Shown here: positions 37,683-51,328 of the stretch, one piece after another
Layout: each line of letters opens with the position of its first letter
How positions within the stretch are numbered: the stretch's first letter is position 1
The notes under the pieces: generated by a model
What the model saw: the letters and a program-made list of their open reading frames with translations, nothing else
Told to the model about the DNA's origin: nothing
The model's database searches: none
Assembly (NCBI GenBank): GCA_051362555.1
Contig: CM120648.1
Location: 7,684,587 to 7,748,586, forward strand
Reading direction: 5' to 3'
DNA length: 64,000 bases
Source of the DNA: Lingula anatina
Lineage: Eukaryota; Animalia; Brachiopoda
Program-made: the position numbers and the translations under genes

Positions 37683-38804
37683 CTATACGCTATTTTGCAC
37701 CAACGGTTTTGTCTGGGCATTCTTGTCACAGGTTTTCACACAGTCAAGATCAACTGTCGTAGATGTTGTTTTTGGGATGGACACTTCACTTTTCTGCTTT
37801 TGCCGTTTCTTCTTGTACTTCGCTGCTTGCTTGCCACAGAGACACTCCTTCATGAGTTGTCGGAACCTCCGTCCAACTGTACAGTATATAATAGGATTTA
37901 TAGCACAATTTAAGGTAACCAGCGCGTTGTTAAAAGGCACAAAATAATTCTGGTAAGTCTCTGATTTTTCCCCAATGGCGTTGTACACGGCGACTGATAT
38001 CGAAGGCAATTGACAGGTAATGAACACGAGGACATTGATTACCAGTACCATTGTTATGTTGGTATCGTAGTTGTCTCCCCTGCCCATTCTCTTCCTGCTG
38101 AGTCGCTGCTGTCTTAGTGCCATGATGATCTTGGCGTTCATTACGAGAAGAATGAGCAACGGGCCAAGAACGTAGACCATGAAATCAAAGACGGCCGTGT
38201 AGACTACCTTGTACGAATGGGTTTTAGCCAAGTCGGTGAACCGTAGAACCGCCTTTGAATAATCGGTGCAGTTGATGTGCTCTACGTACGCCTCGAAGAA
38301 TTTCGGGGTGTTGTATATTAGGAGAAATACGGTAAGAACAACTACGCCATATTGAGCATATTTCATGTTGTTCAAAGTAGTGTATTGGTAGGGCCTGCAC
38401 ATGGCAATGAAGCGCTCGGTTGCCACTAAAATCAGGAACCATTTGCTTGCCGTATTCGCCATGCTGTGGAAAGGCCACATGTAAGCTTCCATGTAAGCGT
38501 AAATCCCGTGATAGAACACGATGCACTGTCCCGTGTTCAGGCAGAAATTTGGTACCACCACCATGAAAAAGGTCGAAGTTAAGAAACAAAAGTCTGCGCA
38601 TGAAAGAGACCGAAGGAGATAGAAGTGAACAAGCTTCGTCTTATCCTGCAGCAACACAAAGTAGGCCATCACGTTCCCCATAATTCCAAACACGCAAATG
38701 GCCCCCATCACCCAGACTGTGAAAGCGTATTTGTATTCCCAAGCCGGGTTTTTGCTTTCGTCGCAGTCGAGTATTGTTATATTATCTTCTCCGATGTTGG
38801 CCAT
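37683..38804 (-). CDS. Rhodopsin-like (class A) peptide GPCR, FMRFamide-receptor-like, 373 aa, intronless CDS
   Basis: Seven hydrophobic segments; GN in TM1, LSCAD in TM2, ERFIAMCRP after TM3, YNTPKFFE after TM4, FITCQLP in TM6, NPIIY in TM7; N-terminal NIT sequon; C-tail CLC. The ligand cannot be assigned. Confidence 0.93.
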   Translation of the reverse strand: MANIGEDNITILDCDESKNPAWEYKYAFTVWVMGAICVFGIMGNVMAYFVLLQDKTKLVHFYLLRSLSCADFCFLTSTFFMVVVPNFCLNTGQCIVFYHGIYAYMEAYMWPFHSMANTASKWFLILVATERFIAMCRPYQYTTLNNMKYAQYGVVVLTVFLLIYNTPKFFEAYVEHINCTDYSKAVLRFTDLAKTHSYKVVYTAVFDFMVYVLGPLLILLVMNAKIIMALRQQRLSRKRMGRGDNYDTNITMVLVINVLVFITCQLPSISVAVYNAIGEKSETYQNYFVPFNNALVTLNCAINPIIYCTVGRRFRQLMKECLCGKQAAKYKKKRQKQKSEVSIPKTTSTTVDLDCVKTCDKNAQTKPLVQNSV

Positions 38805-39968
38805 TTTGGAAAGTTAATAAATTAAAAGCACTTGTAAAAAAATTGTACTTTGTTGATTTTAAGTCAGAATGATATCCTTTGGATTTTACAGAGACTTGGT
38901 GATTCGGGTTCTTTTTTAAGTCTAAAATAATACCTATGCAACATTGTTAAGTTAACGATAAAGATACATAATGGAGAGTCTGGTTCACTTTTCGACCAAA
39001 TCCCAAATTCTGCACTCAGTTCTTGACTCTGGAACAGAGCCTTCAATCTAAAGGCGTCCAAAATCCACCTTTACTGATAATTCATGTAACAATTCTGACC
39101 AAAATGGCTTACGCACCATCACTGCTTGTGGCTTATCTTCATATATATGTGTGTATGCGTGAGTGTCTCTCTTTTGCCACAAAACCAGTGGGAGGGTTCT
39201 TTAGGCGGCCGTGTAATCTAAACAGTGACCATTTCTCATTTCTTCCTACAATTTTTCACTGTGGCTTTGGCGTGCTTTCAGAGTGACCGTTCAAAGTGAT
39301 CCACCACGCTGCTTCTAAAATAAGCGAATTTCTGTGTATCTAGTGAAATATAGACCATTTCTATAACCATTTCATACAGTAGTAATGATATATCTGAAGG
39401 TCCCAAAAGTACAATATCTGTTTTAACACTTGGTTCCAAGTTCCAAGAACTGTATGAGTTTGTCTATTTAAATTGCAGGATTCCAAGACAATGGTAAGCT
39501 CTAATAATCTCCGTTATGTCTACAGAGTAGTAGTGATGAACCATGTAATACTGGTAAACGTGCCGCGAAAATCGTAATTCCTAGATTAAATGATCGTTAA
39601 ACGCCATCGATATATGGACCTCTCTTATGAGTTCAATCAGTCTTTTCTTTCACGTTATTAGGATCACGTGTCATATCCATTCAAAATCTGCAAATAAATG
39701 GAAGCGGATCTTAAAAAAATACACTTCAAATTGTCGGTTTGCACAAAAAATCAGCTATGTGAAAACACATGTCCAGCTATCGCCTGCTTTTATAGAGATG
39801 TAATTTCAAACAGATTGTGAGTTTAATTAAGCGTTGCAACCAGACCAAAAAAACTTCAGAAATCTCATCCTTTTTAAAGCTACTTTCAAAAATGTAAGAG
39901 ATAAACACGTAATAGCACACTTATTACCATTGAAAAATACTGCACCGTATCCAAAGGTAAAAACTTAC

Positions 39969-40490
39969 CTTAGCGTCTTTGCTTCTTGATGTCCGATTCT
40001 TTTTTCAGAAGCTCAGAAGCAATTATTTGCACTCAGCACATCACGTTGGAACACACGTTGGAAATGCCAATCCTCTAGGTCTTCCAAAATGGAATAATCT
40101 ATGATGTAATCCTTGAAACTTATGAGTAGTTGATTCTCTTGTAGTCTTGAAATTATGTCAGTCTCCGGATATCAGAAACCTTTGTTCAGCTTGTTAATTA
40201 CAGTTTTTCTTCGTGAGACCTCCCAAGAGTCACTGGCAGTTTGACAACCTACAATGCTGCTAGCAGTCACTAGTGCATCTTTATATTCTGTTTTTACAAT
40301 CCAGTCAGTTTTATGCACACTCCTGTCCGGTTAGGCTGAATAGCCTGTGATGCGTTCTCCTTCATCTAATAAGCTTGTCAACCCGATCTGTGAAAAAATG
40401 TCTTTGTCTTTTGAATTCCAAATCTGTGAAAAAAATGTCTTTGTCTTTTAAATTCCAAACTCGAGGTATTTCAGTTTTCTTCAACTCTAC
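39969..40490 (-). other. Candidate 5' UTR exon of the GPCR
   Basis: Minus-strand donor TAAG|GTAAGT at 39969/39968, downstream acceptor tttatttgcag| at 39688/39687, upstream acceptor aatttcag| at 40491/40490. Confidence 0.45.
40387..40458. repeat. ~36-bp direct duplication
   Basis: atctgtgaaaaaatgtctttgtctttt(g/a)aattccaa occurs twice. Confidence 0.9.
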
Positions 40491-41420
40491 CTGAAATTGC
40501 TGTCTTCTGAGTCCAACCAAAAACAAACGAGTGCAGTCTACTTAGATTGTCACCTGGCTTGAAGAAATATTAATTTCTCTTGAGGTAGTCGGCAGCTGTG
40601 TATACGACAAGGCTTCCTTTACCACCGGCTGCTTAAGCTAAATCAACACGGAATGCTCGCAGTTGCAACTTGTTGTTTCCCTGGAAAAGAAATTGCCCAA
40701 GAATAAATAACGTTAGATATCATACCTATTACGTATGCAGGAATATGCTCCACAGAGAGCACTTCAAACTGAATAACTGGCGGCCTGCTATCAACACCAT
40801 GCTCCGTGGAATACATGTACATGTACCTAATTTGTAAGGTAATATAATATGGAATAACGAGAGGTTTCTGTGAACAATAAAGCATGCGTTATTTGTAATG
40901 CGGGCTGGTTGAAAACATAATCATTAATTGAAAACACATGGCAGCGTATTGGATGTCCAACGAAATGACTATTAGGAAAATCTAGACGGCCATTCTTCTT
41001 TGCAGTAGCACCGCTAATTTGTAACATTTCGGCGTGTTACGAATAATGGACAGAGCCATGCGTTTTCTGTTAATTAAATGGGCTCAGGGATGCCATCAAA
41101 ATATATTAGTGCTGTACCGGTGTGAATATCGTATTGAACGGGTGTGAATTTCATCAGCACACGCGTTTATGTTATGCGATAAATATATCACGAATCAGCA
41201 TATTGTGTATTAACACTGTTAAGTGGATATGTCAAAGAAACAGGACAAAGATAATAGATATTAGGAATGAACTTGCATGCGCTTTCGTGCGTACGCGTGC
41301 GTGTGCGTGTGTTTTTATTATATAATTTATGTATTTAAATTCTCCACTGACTCCACATACATACATACATGTTCTCACAGTGACTGTAAATCATCTTTAG
41401 GTGAGATCCCCATAAAGCAG

Positions 41421-41680
41421 GGCCCAGTTTTATAAAGGACGTTTAGCACTAACCAGTGGATAAGCCTAACCAGTGGATAAATTCTCCTAACACCCATTAA
41501 CTAAAAGATGGTTAAATTGTGTTTCATATACAGTCTTCTGACGGAAAACAGCAAATTAGTTAACTGGCCAGTGTTTAACTGGATTAAATAATTATTTAAA
41601 GGTCAGTTTCTAACAGACTGTTTAGGTCTGGTTAGAGTTAAACACTGGTTAGTGCTAAACCTCCTTTATAAAACTGGGCC
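41421..41680. mobile_element. 260-bp MITE, PIF/Harbinger-like
   Basis: 38-bp terminal inverted repeats (41421-41458 and 41643-41680, 1 mismatch) starting GGCCCAG; 3-bp CAG target duplication (41418-41420, 41681-41683); subterminal taaccagtg repeats. Confidence 0.9.
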
Positions 41681-43129
41681 CAGAACGTCTAAGGCCTCTC
41701 ATTTCCCCTGATATTGAATTCTTCTCAAAACATATGCATGGATGTTACTTACACCATGACGGGTGATTACGTATGTTAACATACGTATTGTTTACTTAAA
41801 TCCGCAAGAGATATTCGCACGACAGCAAGTGTACTATAGGAAATGACATTCAACGCAAGGGACTGCCCAAACAGTGCGATAAAACAGGATAAAGTAAGAG
41901 CACAAACCAAAATGATCTGGTGTCTTCTTTTGGACGATAATTCCCCTAGGCTAATATCATAAGGTTAAACAGGAGTTACAGACCGGTTTACATATATACT
42001 GCTTTAAAACACGGCTTGCTAATGGTATTTGAAGAAAAGACTTCTGGGTCATTTTCTTAATGGCAAACACAGTCAAACAATGACAAACAGATACAATGAA
42101 ACTACAAGGGCTAGTTCTTCCACGAAAAAAAAAAAAAAACAAGTGGCAATTAAGTTGTTAGGAAAAGCCACTTTTAATGCTGCAATTCAACGAAAATTGG
42201 ACCTCGGCCTAACCCCTTGGTCATACATACATACATACTACATAGAAATGTGAGCTGTTCTAGGAAAATTCAATAACCACTGGCTCAGGTGCGTCAACTT
42301 TAGTGGCGGTATACTGCTGTGATTAATGGCGTAACTGCCAGACAATCCCATGCTGTTCTCCCTTGTTTGGTGCTTAGCTTCACTCTACGAAACATCCGAT
42401 TATACCGCATTATGATTCGTTACAAATATCAAATGGAAAAAGTATTACGTTAAAGGTTGCAGATTTACACGGCTGCAAAGGTTGCAGAACTGAATACGAA
42501 ATCTAATAACGTTGCTTTCCGATCGTGGTAATGAATCTAGGGATATACGCACAGTAAGCCGATTATACAAATACCAAACATGGAATACAAGTCTTTTGTT
42601 TAAGCGCCATTTACAAAGAAATCCAATCGACGTTTTTCTTGTTTCCGTTTTTTTTTTTTTTGTCAAAAAAAAGAGAAATGTACATCTAGAGAACATGAAT
42701 AAGCAATAGCCAAAATAAAAGGAGTTGCCACAAGAAACATCTTGACAAACTACTTGTCATAGTTTTACCGTACTTTACCTTGTCTTTTTATCGCACATGC
42801 AATATGAGGTATACAGACCTGCAGTCAGCACTTTTTGAGGAGGGGGATCCGTAAAATTGAACTTTTTTTACTGAAAAATCTACGTGTGTACCCACTAGAT
42901 AGAATTCTGACATACAGTGGATCTTTTCCCGATCAAAAGAGTGGTTCCTTCAATCCCCAAGAACTTCCACCGTCGCCAGGCCTGTGACCGGTGATGCACT
43001 TTGTACAATTGTAATTCATTTTTAGATGTAAAAATATTTTTCCCTACCTACCTATACAATCGTAAAGAGGGGTGGAGATTTTTTTTAAAGAAGCAAAGGA
43101 CATAACAGGTCTTTTAACTAATAAACAGT

Positions 43130-43540
43130 GTATAAATACCGAGCGACTCCTTTCATATGACAAACTACCACGTGCACTTCGAATACATTTGTTATACATG
43201 CATGTCTTGTCAAAAGGGTTTCATGCCTGTGCAATTAATCTGGTAGACAACATGCGACCATGCACCATTTTAATTAATAAACTGAGTTTAAAATACCGAA
43301 TGATTCCTTTCAAATGACAAACTACCACATGCACTTCGAACGTCTTTCTTATACATGTACATGCACACATTGTCTAAAGGGTTTCATGCACGTGCAGTTA
43401 ATCTGGTAGACAACATGCAACCATGCACTTTTCCCCTCTGCCAACGCCATTTGTTACACATGCACACATTGTCTAAAGGGTTTCATGCACGTGCAGATAA
43501 TATGGTAGATAACATGCAACCATGCACTTTTCCCCTCTCT
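43130..43540. repeat. Degenerate tandem triplication (~90-160-bp units)
   Basis: ttgtc(a/t)aaagggtttcatgc…tggtaga(c/t)aacatgc(g/a)accatgcac at ~43208, ~43370 and ~43469. Confidence 0.88.
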
Positions 43541-44942
43541 GCCTACGCCATACTGACAGCGCGTCCCCATTTGCCTTTCACATGAAACCATTTATGTGAA
43601 AATTTTGCCCATATTAGCCCGTTTGTCTGTTGCATATGAGCACATCTGGACTATGGTGATGACGTTCATACAAACACGAGCGTAATTAAGTCAGAGCACA
43701 TTGGATGTACAGACACATACGTTTACAAACTTATAATTACCTATATTCATAGCTGCATGCTGTCACAGGCAAAGACACACCTGCTTGTATAGTCACACAA
43801 AACACTGTATTTATCCCGTTCGCTTTACCTGTCTGGAAATGTTGTTTAGTAATTCGACCCGTGCACGAACACAGCACATCAGTTTAATTGCGTTGCGTTG
43901 TTTCCTCTGGTAGTTTGTGTTTTTCAATTCTGGCGCTTCGGTTGCCTCGGTCTTTCTTCAGCCAGGACAAATTTTCGAGGACAAATTTATGATCTTTTCT
44001 GAGCCGTTACGCATTAAATATATGGTGCCAACTGAAATTGGATTCCCACCTGTTTATTAAATGTCTAATTATTTGGAAGTGCTTTTCGTCCCTACCGTTG
44101 TATTAGTCCATCTATTCAAGCGCGTCCAGCGCCATTTCCGCAGTGTTAATTGCCTATTGGGCGACTGAAAACCCGAATTTTCCAATGTAATACACATTAA
44201 GGCAGCGATTAGCAGGTAACTAGAGTACGTCCTGATCTGTGAAATAGCGTGACACGCTTTATCATTACCCATATGGCGTTAGCTTCATTATAAGCCGGGG
44301 GAGATGATGGATTGGCCTTCGATTTACTGGGGAAAATTGACCGTATTGCGTTGGAGAGTCTGCTAATTGATGTTCATGATTTTATGTGTGATAAGCACGT
44401 AGTATATGCCACGCAGACTTATCGGTGCAAAATACCTCTACGCGCACGGCAGTGCCTGCTTTTCAAACACCGTGATTTTTAACGTGGAACAGCTACGTGA
44501 ATGTGAATAAAACAGGCCCCATGGGGATTTCTTCGAGCACAATGATGTATATACCGGCAGATATTGGATGTGTTTTGTGCTAGATAATATACTGTCACTG
44601 GCTACATATATAACACCTTGAGGGTCAGAGAGGGTTTCAAGGTATAAATCAAGAAATGTGGAAGTGTATTATTATTTGAAATATTGACATACATACATAC
44701 GCAGAGAGAGCACTCGTATTTCACCCATAAATCACTCCTAAAACCCAATAATACCGTATATCGCAGAATCGCATAACATCTTTAGGTATCTTTGTATTTT
44801 GTTCTGTTTGCGCCCCTGACGAGGCCTCCGGGCCGAAACACGTGTCGGGCTTTTTAAATTTTAAATTAAATGGAGAGAAAAGACTAATTTGTTCCGTCAC
44901 CATGGGTGGAGCACTTTTCCATAGTGTATCAACTTTATTCTC

Positions 44943-44947
<5 letters not shown>

Positions 44948-44998
<51 letters not shown>
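44948..44998. repeat. (TA)n microsatellite
   Basis: Direct reading. Confidence 0.98.
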
Positions 44999-45000
<2 letters not shown>

Positions 45001-45206
45001 AGAAAATGACACAAAACATCGATAGTCTCTGTATTTATAGTCTCTATAACTTGTTTATATTTGAACCCTGCTCATTGTCTGTTTTTATTATATTTGAAGA
45101 TATTTCTATTGCTAACGGTGTGCGCGTTGGGGGTAGTTGTCAGTAAGAAGCAGCCTCCCCCCCCCCCCGTGCACCCCCCCCCCTGCACCCCCCTCTACTC
45201 ACTCAC

Positions 45207-45360
45207 CTTAATTATTTTCTCGCGTTGACGTGATCATACCACGACTATCTCCGTTAATCACAGTTATTGCCTCTCTTTCTCTGGAGCCGCTTAATCTGTT
45301 TCATCGAGTTTTCACTGTCTGTCTGCAAGATCTTTTTTCCGCTAGTCTCTCTCTCCTCCA
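45207..45360 (-). other. Candidate non-coding first exon of the GPCR
   Basis: Consensus minus-strand donor AAG|GTGAGT at 45207/45206, preceded by purine-rich, CpG-containing leader-like sequence. Confidence 0.35.
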
Positions 45361-45961
45361 AACACAGCATTAGCAAATACCACTAAGCTTTTGTGCAATT
45401 ATTTATTACTTTTGTGACCATGTGTAATTATCATCAGTCGCTAAAACAACATTGTGTTTGGCATTACGGTTTTTAGACGGCAATTCGATCTTAATGTCAT
45501 CAAGTAGATGAAGTAGAATAATGTCTTCTGTGTTTAGAGTGAAAGATCAGCTTTTAAGTTTTTTTCGCAATTGTATTGGAAAAGAAGCACTCTGAGTGCG
45601 GGTTCCTATTTCCAATCGGGGAATATTTCTGGCAGTCAGCAAACTCTGCCCAGAAAGAGGGATTCAAAGCCTTTAAAAGCTTTTTGATTCGGTTACGTTG
45701 TTCTTGATTGATACTGTGGAATATTTACATAATGCTATTGCCGGTTTCGCACGTGCTTCAATTCGCCGTTGCTTGGGCTTTTGCATTATAATTGCCGTTC
45801 TGTTTTTGCTTAATGGGTGTTAAATGTTTTTTGGCGAGAGGAAATAATTGATTTATCTCGTTTTCAATTTTTGCCTTTTTCCTGTAGGAAAAAAAAAACG
45901 TTGCAATAAAGCGGTTCGTAGTTCGTCTCCTTTTGTTGCAGTCTGTATCTATTTCATAATT

Positions 45962-46042
45962 ATAGATCCTGAAATTTTGACCAAGTCTGTCAGAGTGAAC
46001 AGACGAAACAGTCAACAGGTAAATCAAAATTTCAGGATCTAT
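45962..46042. repeat. Short inverted repeat (19-bp perfect arms, 43-bp spacer)
   Basis: atagatcctgaaattttga (45962-45980) and tcaaaatttcaggatctat (46024-46042). Confidence 0.9.
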
Positions 46043-49000
46043 CATAAATGAAAACTTTCTGACTATCAAAACTAAGATCCAATGAAACTATTTTTCACTA
46101 TTTGGGTTCAGTCTGAATGGGGCTCATGGCAAGTTGCCAACGGAGTCCAGTAATGATCAACTGAAGAAATGCTGATACAATCCAGATATTGGTTTATGAT
46201 CTTAACAGGTACGCAGTGCAATATGGGGAAGTGAGTTGTCAACACGCTGTCGGAATCAGTGATAGATGTTAGCGGGTTCATACGCTTATTTAACCTGAGT
46301 GAGTTTTGCCAAAGCGATTATTCTACAGCACGCTCTTTAACGTGCATGGACGTTATTAATCAAAAATCTAAATATTTCATTTCTTAATCAGCACACTACA
46401 AATACGGCCCTGTACTTAAATTGATTTGGACATTGCGACTCCATGTTTTAACAAAAATTAGCCTAATCTGTACCAAATGCCATAAATGATTGCGAAAACA
46501 GTTGCAAGAAGTTCAGGTATTCACAAGGTAATGGGCAGAGTTAATGCGGCCTCAGGTCTCGAGGCTTTTAACATTTGAACGGACCAAATGTGGGATATGT
46601 GTTCTTTTAAAAGGCAATCGATGTCTTTTGATAAGCACCAACTTGAATAAAGAATGAATGATAATGAATGATGCATATACAATGTACGTATATTAAACTG
46701 ACAAAAGCACTGCGTTATTAACCAACAGCTAAGAGAATTGTGTTAAAATTGCATGAAAGCATGAATTTAAATGATATATTTTCACGATTAGATGGTACGA
46801 ATTGCTTTTCAAAACAAAAAAGTTGGAAAATGATACGAATACTAATTTGCGTGATAGAAATTAGTCCAGCAGACATGATAAGAATTAAGCCATTCAGTGC
46901 TGTGCTTCCTAACGCTGTCATCTTGAGATTGATGGGATTAAACCGTATAACAGCAGGATCGAATGCCTAGGAAGGGGGGGGGGGGGGGGGTGGAGTGCAT
47001 TCCCCCACCCTCAACACCACCGCCAGAGATTTCAGAAAGTTAGTATTTCAGGGATATTTTTATTAAATGGTAACCTTTCCTTTCTCCCAGTTCATGATAA
47101 GTCTCTTTTGCCTTCAGACAACGTCTAGGTGATAATCTGCTTGTACTTCATGCATTTTAGAGCTGCATTCCCGCGTATTGTTCTAAGCCTAAGGACCTTA
47201 ACATGGAGCGATTATATTTTGGTTCAGTGTATTTTGCCAAGTACCCGTACCGTTTGCAACCCAGGGAAATGAGCGATATTGGCATCGCTAGTGTAATATT
47301 AAGGCGACGAGAAAGGAATGCAATAAGTTCTCAGACTAAAGCAAGCTGAACTTTTGGTGACCAGTGAACAATCATATAAATTCAATGCTGTAAATGAACT
47401 TACACTAATAAAAACTTCTTCTGACATTCCAACGGGATTGTGGTCAACCAGAAACTGTCAGTATACATGTACAGCTATCGCTGTAATACCAGCACTACGG
47501 GTAATGCTCTTATCTGTCCATTTGACCACCAGTTTGCTGTCTGTCTGTCTGTCTGCCTGCCTGCCTGCCTGTCTGTCTGTCTGACTGACTGACTCTCTGT
47601 CTTTCTGTATTGGTTTGATTCTAAGACTATCTTATCGCTTACGTGAGTGAATTGGCCCCTGCTGCAGGGCGTTATGAGTACACAATTAATGAAAATTGGC
47701 TGTTGAGAATCTAATTTATATTGCCAATTTGGAAAGATCTTCAAGATCAGCTTTAAGCAAATTGGTTGTATCGAAGGTCAACCTTTATTCATCGTTTAGT
47801 CGACGCCTCAATTACCAAGTTAGCGGCAAATTGGTCAAAGCAGAAAGTCAAAGGCAATTACAGACCTTAGGTGTCAGTAACCACGGAATAGCTGCGTTTT
47901 GTCGTTATTGCTGTGCCTGATAATTTTAGTTCAAAAGATTAATTGTCCTCTTGTAACCTTTGGTTGCTTCTTAACTGGGCATATTTTTTTAGCTTACAGG
48001 TGTTTAAAAGAAAAAAAAAACTTGTGCACTGAACAATTACATGTGCATTCGTTACGTTGTACAATAAATTTTTTTAGTCCATTATTTAAATTATAAACAA
48101 TTCTCTAGTAACACGGTGTATCTTCGGGATATTAAATTGCCGGGAATTTTTATAATTTGGACAAGAAAAGAGCAATTATTCAGGTTGTAAGCGAGATTTT
48201 ATACCTATCGATTTGTAGAATCTGTAGGTGTGATTACGTAACTGTATACTAAGCTTGCCATTGCTGTGACATTTCCAATGACGTCAACGTCTGGCCATTA
48301 CGCATACCGAATTGAAGAATTGGCCATGCATCAATTTATTCATTCATTCATGTATCATTTATAAAATATTATTGTCCATCATACGCAGTACCGTAATATA
48401 CAAGTGTTTATATTAACATGAATCTCACCCAAAACGCTTCTGTATCACGTCACAGTCTGTTTTTTTTAACATGACTTCCATTGCAAACGGACGTCGCCAG
48501 TTATTCTGAAAGCCATCCCAGTGTGTGGTATTCAAGGAACATTTCAATAGATAGTCTTGATACGTAGGCTATATATACGTGAACTTCACCGTCCTGTCCC
48601 GAACTTGTTCATGAGGCGACTTCGGTACCTGATCAACTTCCGTTATAAATAAATACATTGTTATCTTTCAGAAACTAATGATATATAGGCGGTCGGTTAT
48701 CTACAGTTCAGTTATGATGGCAAAGATGTATGTCAGAAAAGCAACTTAACTCAAGACAGTATTGCTTAAATATATCATGCTTATATGTACGTGCTGTATC
48801 ATAAAAATAAGATAAACTGCTACTAGGGTAATAAGTAGCTCGCAATGCTTACAAAACTTCTATCTGAATCTGATGAAGTCTGACTGCAAGCAGATGAAAT
48901 ATTGGTTGGTAAGACCAGACAAATATAAGTAGCTATAGACAAAAGATTCTTCACAAGTCTATTCAATCTCAGAGCACTGTGTATATACTAATGCGGTGCA

Positions 49001-50183
49001 CTGATAAACGGTCTTCTACAACAAAAGTGATTTTTAGTGAAGACACAATTTCTTAATTCCTCTTTTATTGTATTAAATTGTAACATATTGTCCTTGTGTT
49101 GTTGCGAAGGTGTTTTATCAATAAAAGTTTATCATATACCGAAAGACGTGCCTTCATTTGCCAAGAGATTAGGATAGCTAAGGTTGAACTGTGAAAAAGA
49201 TACAGTATAGTTATCTAACCGACAATGGATAATAAGACCTAGAATTCGTGATGTCCAATCATTAATTCAGCTCGTTATGTAACAATTTCCGCGCATATTT
49301 ATGATTTCATCTCTCGAGACTGATGAGTTCGTGACATGACACGTGTTGCAAGAGGTTCTGTTTTATTACCATTATAATTAGAAATGGTCACTAAATGTAC
49401 TTGTTTTTCTAAGAAGTATTATTCAAAGTAAAACTTTGCGCCAATATCTCATTAAAGGCCATCAAAATTTATTTTGTACGTCCACAGCCAAGAATTCCAG
49501 AAGGCAACTTGAGTGAGTATCAAAAGGGAAAGTGAAATAAATTCCTAAATTATATTCACAAAACGTGCATATAGTATTCTGATTTCCAAAAACGAAAAAA
49601 AGATTGGCCAAAGACATATTTTGCCTTCGTTTCTAATTGACATATCTAGACTTATCTTTAAAAATACCAAATACTTGAATATGCTCTAGTTATATACTTA
49701 AGTGTTAATTCTCCTGTTTGCTCGCTTTTAATCTCTCAGGTCTCTCAGCAACTCAGTTCACGGAAGACATAAAACAACTGCAACATGCGCGCTACTTACC
49801 GAGCCGTTTTGTTCATAACATCCCCAGTTGCGATCATTCCACTTCTTTCCTCGAAACTACTAGCAACTTGCTTGTTTTGATGTCCCTGGTGCATTTTTCA
49901 AATACATGGAAGTGGACACGTCTTACAGCCTTTCCCTAATGTTTTTTCCACTAACTAAATTCTTCTTTACGTCAGTCTTATATGTCTAAATGGCCATCGC
50001 TGTCATTTTACAATGGAATCATCAAGTAAACGCTAAAAGTGCTCTCTGCATGCAGCGTTCCTCGTTACCTTCGGGTTGCCAACTAACCATGATTTAAGTA
50101 ACGACCCTGTATAGCAGCGAGAGTGAAAACGAAACAAGCTCGTATCTGATTTAGCCAACAGCATACAAATTGATAGGCTTGAG

Positions 50184-50375
50184 CAGAAGTTATGCCCCGC
50201 CCATAGCTGTGAAGCCATTCTTGTTCGCGCAAGGTCCAGAAACTATGCCCCGCCTTTAGCGGTAGAGCCACTCTCGTTCGACCGTGTTCAGAAATTATGC
50301 TCCGCCCATAGCTGAAAGGCTATTCTCGTTCTCGGTATGTCCAGAAATTATGCCCACTGCAATTGCTTGAAAGCC
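50184..50375. repeat. Degenerate ~53-bp tandem repeat x ~4 containing GC-box-like cores
   Basis: cagaa(g/a)(t/c)tatgc(c/t)cc… at ~50184, 50237, 50289 and 50342. Confidence 0.8.
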
Positions 50376-51294
50376 ACTAAAATAACTGGCGTTTGTGCTA
50401 AGTCCAGCCCTTTTATGTGAAAATGGCATATTGATTGACAAGCCAAGGATATACCTATCGGTAGTTTTGACATTCACTTGAATGTACTAATATCACCAAC
50501 TTCCTTGAGCTCCAACTTCCTTAATATCAATTGTTCCCGATTTACTCATTCATGATACAAGTTGTCATGGTCGATTGGAGCTAAAATAATGATTATTTTA
50601 CTTTTCTTTAACGTGTTTTACATGTATTACAAGTTACACATTTGATGCAAAGATGTATGCAAGTGTACCAATATGAGAGAGAGAGAGAGAGAGAGACGTA
50701 GGGAGAGAGGGGGAGAGAGAGACTTCAGCACTAGCTTGAACAATATACCAACATACGCACCTTCATATATCCTGTTGGTCGTAACGTACCAGTACCGAAT
50801 GCACAGAGGCAAACAGATATATATATTGTATGTCAAGTGATATAAAATATTCAGGTGTGCAATATCTTAATTACGTGCAAAAATAATTACTTCTTGTAAA
50901 AATGATATCTAGTGTATTTTATGTCTCTCATTGCTATGCAGGTCTCTAATATTTCGTCTGACCAAGACTACGCCGACCTGGAAAGACCTGTGAACGTTTC
51001 TGTACAAATTTCCTGGAGGAAATAATGGGATATGATTGTGTTTTTCACGATGTCAATCATTTTGGTATTTGGTTTCGCACGACAAATTAGGTAATAACAA
51101 GCAGGAAGGCTGATAGACCGCGCAATGTGCCGAGATTACGTGTGACGTCATAACGGATACAGTTATATAAGGGGAAATGATATGAGGGTTTTTAGTCAAT
51201 TACTATATCTTATAGACAGCGTAAACTCATATAGTTTTTTTATCTGAGTATTTGTTTTTTACTCTTTGTCTCACACACATGCGTGCTTGAACAT

Positions 51295-51328
<34 letters not shown>

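Noticed and set aside
37695-38825. Overlapping alternative-frame and antisense ORFs across the GPCR
   Set aside because: Shadows of the real CDS.
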